Shown: one piece after another, positions 21,069 to 27,345 of the stretch | Numbering within the stretch: position 1 is the first letter of the stretch | How the letters are laid out: each line of letters opens with the position of its first letter | Assembly: GCF_006345805.1 (NCBI RefSeq) | Contig: NW_021836362.1 | Coordinates: forward strand, 1-27,345 | Reading direction: 5' to 3' | Length of the DNA: 27,345 nucleotides | From: Octopus sinensis | Taxonomy: Eukaryota | Made by a program: the position numbers and the translations under genes | Notes under the pieces: generated by a model | The model's input: only the letters and a program-made list of their open reading frames with translations | The model's database searches: none | Told to the model about the DNA's origin: nothing

Positions 21069-21530
21069 GCCCGCACACACACACACACGCACACATACAC
21101 ACATGCGCAGATAAGGCAATCTTTGTAACTAGCTCAACGTGGATGTATGGTTAGAACACCGAAAACTGCGTTATTTATCTTGAGAAGGCCTCTCATGGGT
21201 CTATGGTGCATTAAAGCACACATATTTATATCGCTGGCAGGCGATTATCGTCTGCTACGGCTACGGGAACTGCCCGTATGTGCGATGGTTTCCGTCACTT
21301 TTTGTGGCCACCAAATTCAAGCGCAAGTCATTGTCCACGGTGCCGTGCAGTCAGACAAAATCTGAAATCTAGCGGTTCAAAGCGAGCTTCTTAACCACAC
21401 AGCCCACCCCCACATGCACATACAAATACATACATATACATTCATGCATGCATACATACATGGTGGCTGCCCCCTCGTTATCGAGTATTTCCGCCTCGAA
21501 ATTCCTGGCCTTATGTCAAAATTGAAGCCA

Positions 21531-21590
<60 letters not shown>

Positions 21591-21594
<4 letters not shown>

Positions 21595-22087
21595 TGGCTG
21601 CCCCCTCGTTATCGAGTATGGCCATTGCACGAAGCTCAATCAATGTTGTTATCGTGCAATGCCTGTGCAAGAAGATATTTTTTTAAAGTGAGGAAAGGCT
21701 GTGCACTGAGTCAATCCCACTCACTAAGCAACAGCAGCCATAATCCGAAGAGAAGAACAAGTCAACAGGTTTTATTTCGGAGTTATTCCAGTTACCTCAG
21801 TTATCTTTTCCTAGAAGGATGCCCTAACAAAAGCTAGCAGTCTTTCACTCCCAATAGTTTAACCGCGCGATCCGATTATTTCCATGTCCCCGCGCATGAT
21901 CCAGCCTTAAGACATTTATTGGATGGCCGTTGACTCTCAAGAGTTCCTCCGCTCTTTGACGGGTTTGTTTTTCATCCCGCAGGGTGTCCAATAAACACCC
22001 TCCTCACCAAGCAAGCTTGGTGGGGTTGCCGGTTTAGTCGCCGATGACCCGACCATGCACCAGGTTGTACTGGGTTACATGTTACCA
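21591..22087. mobile_element. Unclassified GC-richer, hairpin-rich interspersed-repeat candidate (possibly LINE UTR-derived)
   Basis: A CpG-containing non-coding block bounded by (AT)n on the left and (ATAC)n on the right, with several perfect stems. Its first 29 bp are duplicated at 21460-21488. Orientation and class are not resolved. Confidence 0.35.
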
Positions 22088-22146
22088 GTAGCACTCAAAC
22101 ATACATACATACATACATACATACATACATACATACATACATACAT

Positions 22147-22177
<31 letters not shown>

Positions 22178-22272
22178 TACATACATACATACATACATAC
22201 ACACACACACATACATACATACATACATACATACATACATACATACATACATACATACACACATACATACAT
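22088..22272. repeat. (ATAC)n microsatellite
   Basis: Direct reading. Confidence 0.97.
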
Positions 22273-22991
22273 AAAAGGAGAAAGCTAGATAAGCATGGAG
22301 AAAAACAAAAGGCATGATATCCTGTCGTCTGCTTTGTTCCATATTCTGGAGAAAGCAGACGACACAGCAACAATATAAAAATATTTTAGATCAACGCATT
22401 AGGAAACTAACACCAGTTTGAATTTAATTGATTATTTGTTTAAGATAAAGTTTAACCTCTTCGGAAACTTAAACTACCATCTATTTATTAAACTATATAT
22501 CTTATCTATCCATTTGTATACAGGTATCTTAATTTTTTTTTATTATGAATTAACGCATGGATACACAAATGTAAACAAACTTAAATTAGGCACATTCATG
22601 CGTGCTCGCACACATACTTCTATATTTCACCTTGTGTGTGTGAATCTCTGTGTGTAAATGTGTGTATGTATCTATATGTTTATATATGTACACAGATGAG
22701 GAAAGGCATACATATAAGCATGCATCTGCAACTAAAGATCTATCGTCGTCTACACAATTTTCTGCATAACAAGTGTCTGCATGATACTGCATACATGCAT
22801 CAGTGCATGTAAGCACAACACAAACATCGTACACAAGCATAAACATTACTCTCCAATACATTAGCTGTCACATCCTCCTCACTTTTTATATCTACACCGC
22901 CATCACTAAAACATAAGCATTATGTACACACATACACGCAGATATACACTCAGTCATACACAAATATAGACTAACTCATTCACACACACAA

Positions 22992-23023
<32 letters not shown>

Positions 23024-23182
23024 ACACACATACACACACACAAACACACACATGCACACTGTATAAACACATGTACATTAAAAAGAAATCCGAACAAAAA
23101 CCACACGCATGAACTCACACAGTAATGTTGCGCGTACATAAACATAGTCATTGACATATACACGCTCGAATACACAAATAAT

Positions 23183-23221
<39 letters not shown>

Positions 23222-23476
23222 GATGACACATCCAGCACTTCATAAATTCCAGTCTCCTTTGCGATAGTTCCAACCAAAACACACTCCAAATTTAACCCCA
23301 CACCCAAACCGCTCCATTCACTACACTCAACACATTATAATTGCCCTTTCTCCTAACACTTCTATAAAACCACTTAGAAAGTGTGCTTGTGTGTGTATGC
23401 GTGTGTATATGGGAATATATTTTTTTCTCTCTCTAACTCTTTGTATATCTGTCCCTTTCTCTCACATACATACGCA

Positions 23477-24188
<712 letters not shown>

Positions 24189-24769
24189 GAACATAGGAAT
24201 ATTCTATTCTTTCCTCTTATTTGCCCCCTTCTCCCATTCCTCTTCCCCTTTCACTCCCTTTTCGTCATCCAACACTTCCCTTCCCGGCTCTTTTACCCAT
24301 CCCTTCCACCGACTGTTGATACTGCAAGCCTCTTCTAAGCCTCGCCCTCATGCCAGTTTATAAAGGCATGTTCAGTCCAAGTGACTGCCAGACAGAATTT
24401 TTTTACCCCACAATACAGTGTGCTACTGCATAACACGTTCGCATACGCTCACACACATACACATGCACACACATGCTTACACACACACACACACACACAC
24501 ACTCAAACACTGTTTGCATGTAAAAGCTAATTAGTTTGTCAGAAGCTTACATACACACACACACAGACACGAACACAAACGTTAAGACAGGCAACAGGCA
24601 TATTTAAGCACGCATAGAAACATACAAACGTTTCACATACTCTGCTGCCTGTGGATTATGAAGTCGTGCTTACGGCGTGAATTTTCTACACAGAATATTT
24701 GGTTTTCCTATCCGAAGGCTGAGGCGTTTTACTTACCACAGGTAAATATTGAAAATTGGATTGACTTTC

Positions 24770-24806
24770 ATAATAATAATAATGATAATGATAATAATAA
24801 TAATAA

Positions 24807-24843
<37 letters not shown>

Positions 24844-24862
24844 TAATAATAATAGAATAATG

Positions 24863-24914
<52 letters not shown>

Positions 24915-25404
24915 TAATAATAATAATAATAATATAATAACATCCATGCATGAATTTATTTATTTATTAATTTTTAAATACATATTTTATCTGTGAATTT
25001 GCGCGTGTAATCTGGGAATGCATGCAATGCCCTTCTCTGCCCTAGGTGTAGGAAAACACTCGGAGAACGGAAGAAAATTTGAAAAAGAAGAAAAACATCA
25101 TCATCATAATAATAATAAAATAATAATAATAGTAATAATAATAATAATAATAATAATGATTTTTTAATAATGATGATGATGATGATGATAACGATGATTT
25201 CTTATAATTAAATTGTTTTCTTAAAAAAAATAAAAAATAATAATAATAATAATAATGATTTTTTAATAATGATGATGATGATGATAACGATGATTTTTTA
25301 TAATTAAATTGTTTTTTTAAGTGATAATAATAATAACGATTTTTTAATAATGATGATGATGATGATAACGATGATTTCTTATAATTTAATTGTTTTTTTT
25401 AAAA

Positions 25405-25457
<53 letters not shown>

Positions 25458-25572
25458 GTAAATAATAATAATAATCCTTTATGCTATAGGCACAAGACCT
25501 GAAATTTTGTGGGGAGGGAACTAGTCGGTTAGATCGAACCTCTGTACTCAAATGTTATTCCATCGACATTGA

Positions 25573-25665
<93 letters not shown>
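24770..25665. repeat. (AAT)n/(GAT)n microsatellite field with a three-unit minisatellite at 25158-25405
   Basis: Direct reading. Confidence 0.93.
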
Positions 25666-26058
25666 AATAATAATGAAAATTGCATTATTTTTTATCATCA
25701 TCATCACCATTATTATTGGTTTCAAATTTTGGCCCAAAGCCAGTAAATTTGGAAAACGTGGTAAGTCGATTATATCGAATCCAGTGCTCAACTGGTACTT
25801 TTTTTATTGACTCACCCAACGGGTGAAAGGTAAAGTCGACCTCAGTGGAATGGTAATAATTTTTAATATAGGCACGAAATTTGAAAGGAAGGGGTTAGTT
25901 GATACCATCGACCTCAGTATTCGAGTGGTACTTTGTTTTATTGTCCCTGAAAAGATAAACGGTAGTGTTGACTTCGATGGGATATGAACTTAACATAAAC
26001 ATCCGCAATACCAATTGTCATTTTTTCTGGTGCTCTAACGGTTCTGCCAATCCACCTT
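25475..26058 (-). mobile_element. Three decayed family D SINE copies (25475-25572, 25718-25853, 25861-26058)
   Basis: Each carries parts of aggcacaag.cctgaaatttt...agtcga...atcga....cagt...caactggtact...aaagtcgacctc. Confidence 0.75.
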
Positions 26059-26561
26059 TATTTAACATTAATAGTAATGGTATCTAATTTAGGCAGCAAG
26101 TCGACAATTTTGAGGAGAGGAAAGACGTTGGTCTTTAATTATTTCAGTTTCGTCCATCAGCCAATTTCTTTGGCTATTGTCGCTAGTCAGGGTAAAACTG
26201 CTTGTTTTGATGACCGAAAAGAAAGCCGTGAGAGCATATTCGTTGTGATGGATTTGACCAAGATCCGGATCAACCCTACACACAACTACATTGTTGGCGA
26301 TAAACTCCACAAATCAACCATGCTCGGATATTGAATGAAGTGTGTATAAAACTCAGGCACAGAACGTAGGGCATAGATTGCTTTGTGAGGAGGGTTATAG
26401 TTAATTCAGTCAACCGTTTCATTTGATTGTTTGCTTTTTTATATATATTGGATCCTGGTAAGATTTGAACTCAGAACGTGCATAAGAATCCTGGCTAAAT
26501 GTTGCAAAATATTTTTTCCTGAACACTCTTTCGATTCTACTATTCCCAATCCCAATCATCA

Positions 26562-26800
<239 letters not shown>

Positions 26801-26807
26801 CAATAAT

Positions 26808-27030
26808 GATTTCAAATGTTGGCACTGGCCAAGCAATTTTGGAGGAGAGGGTAAGTCGATTGCATCGACCCCAGTACTCAACTGGTATTTATTTTATTGA
26901 CCCCGAAAGGATAAAAGACAAAGTCGACCTCGGTGGCATTTGAACTCAGAGTGTGGAGACATGAAGAAGGACGAAATGCCACCAAGCATTTTGCCCGGCG
27001 TATTAACAGTTCTTCCACCTCGCCGCCTTA
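26808..27030 (-). mobile_element. SINE family D, near full length
   Basis: gtcgattgcatcgaccccagtactcaactggta...aaagtcgacctcggtggcatttgaactcag...gcattttgcccggcgt...ctcgccgcctt. Confidence 0.88.
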
Positions 27031-27091
27031 ACTACAACAACAACAGCAATTTCTAGCAGGAGCACGTGAAATCAAATACAGAGGTAGCATA

Positions 27092-27250
27092 GATTATATA
27101 GATATTTGACTGGTACTTCATTTTTGTCATACCTTGGAAGGATAAAAGCCATAGTTGACATCGGAGGGACTTGAACTTAGAATGTAAAATGCCAGAACGT
27201 AACTAATACGGTAAAGTACTTTCTCCGACGCCCTACCGATTCTGTTAGTT
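27092..27250 (-). mobile_element. SINE family C/D, decayed copy
   Basis: gactggtacttc, ggaaggataaaagccatagttgacatcgg, cttgaacttagaa and ccgattctg remnants appear in the expected order. Confidence 0.6.
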
Positions 27251-27345
27251 ATAATTTCTTTAGTTGTCACCAGTTCAACGAATCCGAAGTCATTACAAGG
27301 TATAAGTAGTAAAAAAGGTGAGGAGGTTTGTCTGGATTATGAAAA

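Noticed and set aside
24725-24750. Consensus splice donors on both strands (minus GGTAAGT, plus CAGGTAAAT)
   Set aside because: No supporting acceptor or coding exon; such motifs occur by chance.

Overview
This is AT-rich, repeat-saturated animal (intron/intergenic) DNA. The SINE families, microsatellite load and mariner/RTE debris look like a coleoid cephalopod, probably Octopus; this is pattern recognition, not a database result. I can support no intact host gene, tRNA/rRNA gene or CRISPR array, and nearly every ORF in the track is a translated microsatellite or SINE. Recognisable coding remnants are a mariner transposase C-terminus with D34D spacing (2-337), a mariner 5' end (16269-16620), an RTE LINE 3' end (15503-15917) and possibly a decayed LINE N-terminal piece (3460-3660). 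About 20 tRNA-derived SINE copies from four or five families are present (my labels A, B, C/D, E), several with clear target-site duplications. The most interesting items are: a cleanly folding minimal hammerhead-ribozyme-like motif with a non-canonical core (475-512); an inverted-plus-direct triplication (12693-13798) whose repeated unit starts at a second, weaker hammerhead-like core; a ~425-bp MITE with ~100-bp TIRs; an apparent chimeric SINE; a close inverted SINE pair; and a hairpin-rich element sitting between microsatellites. None is established as a new system; all are testable hypotheses.
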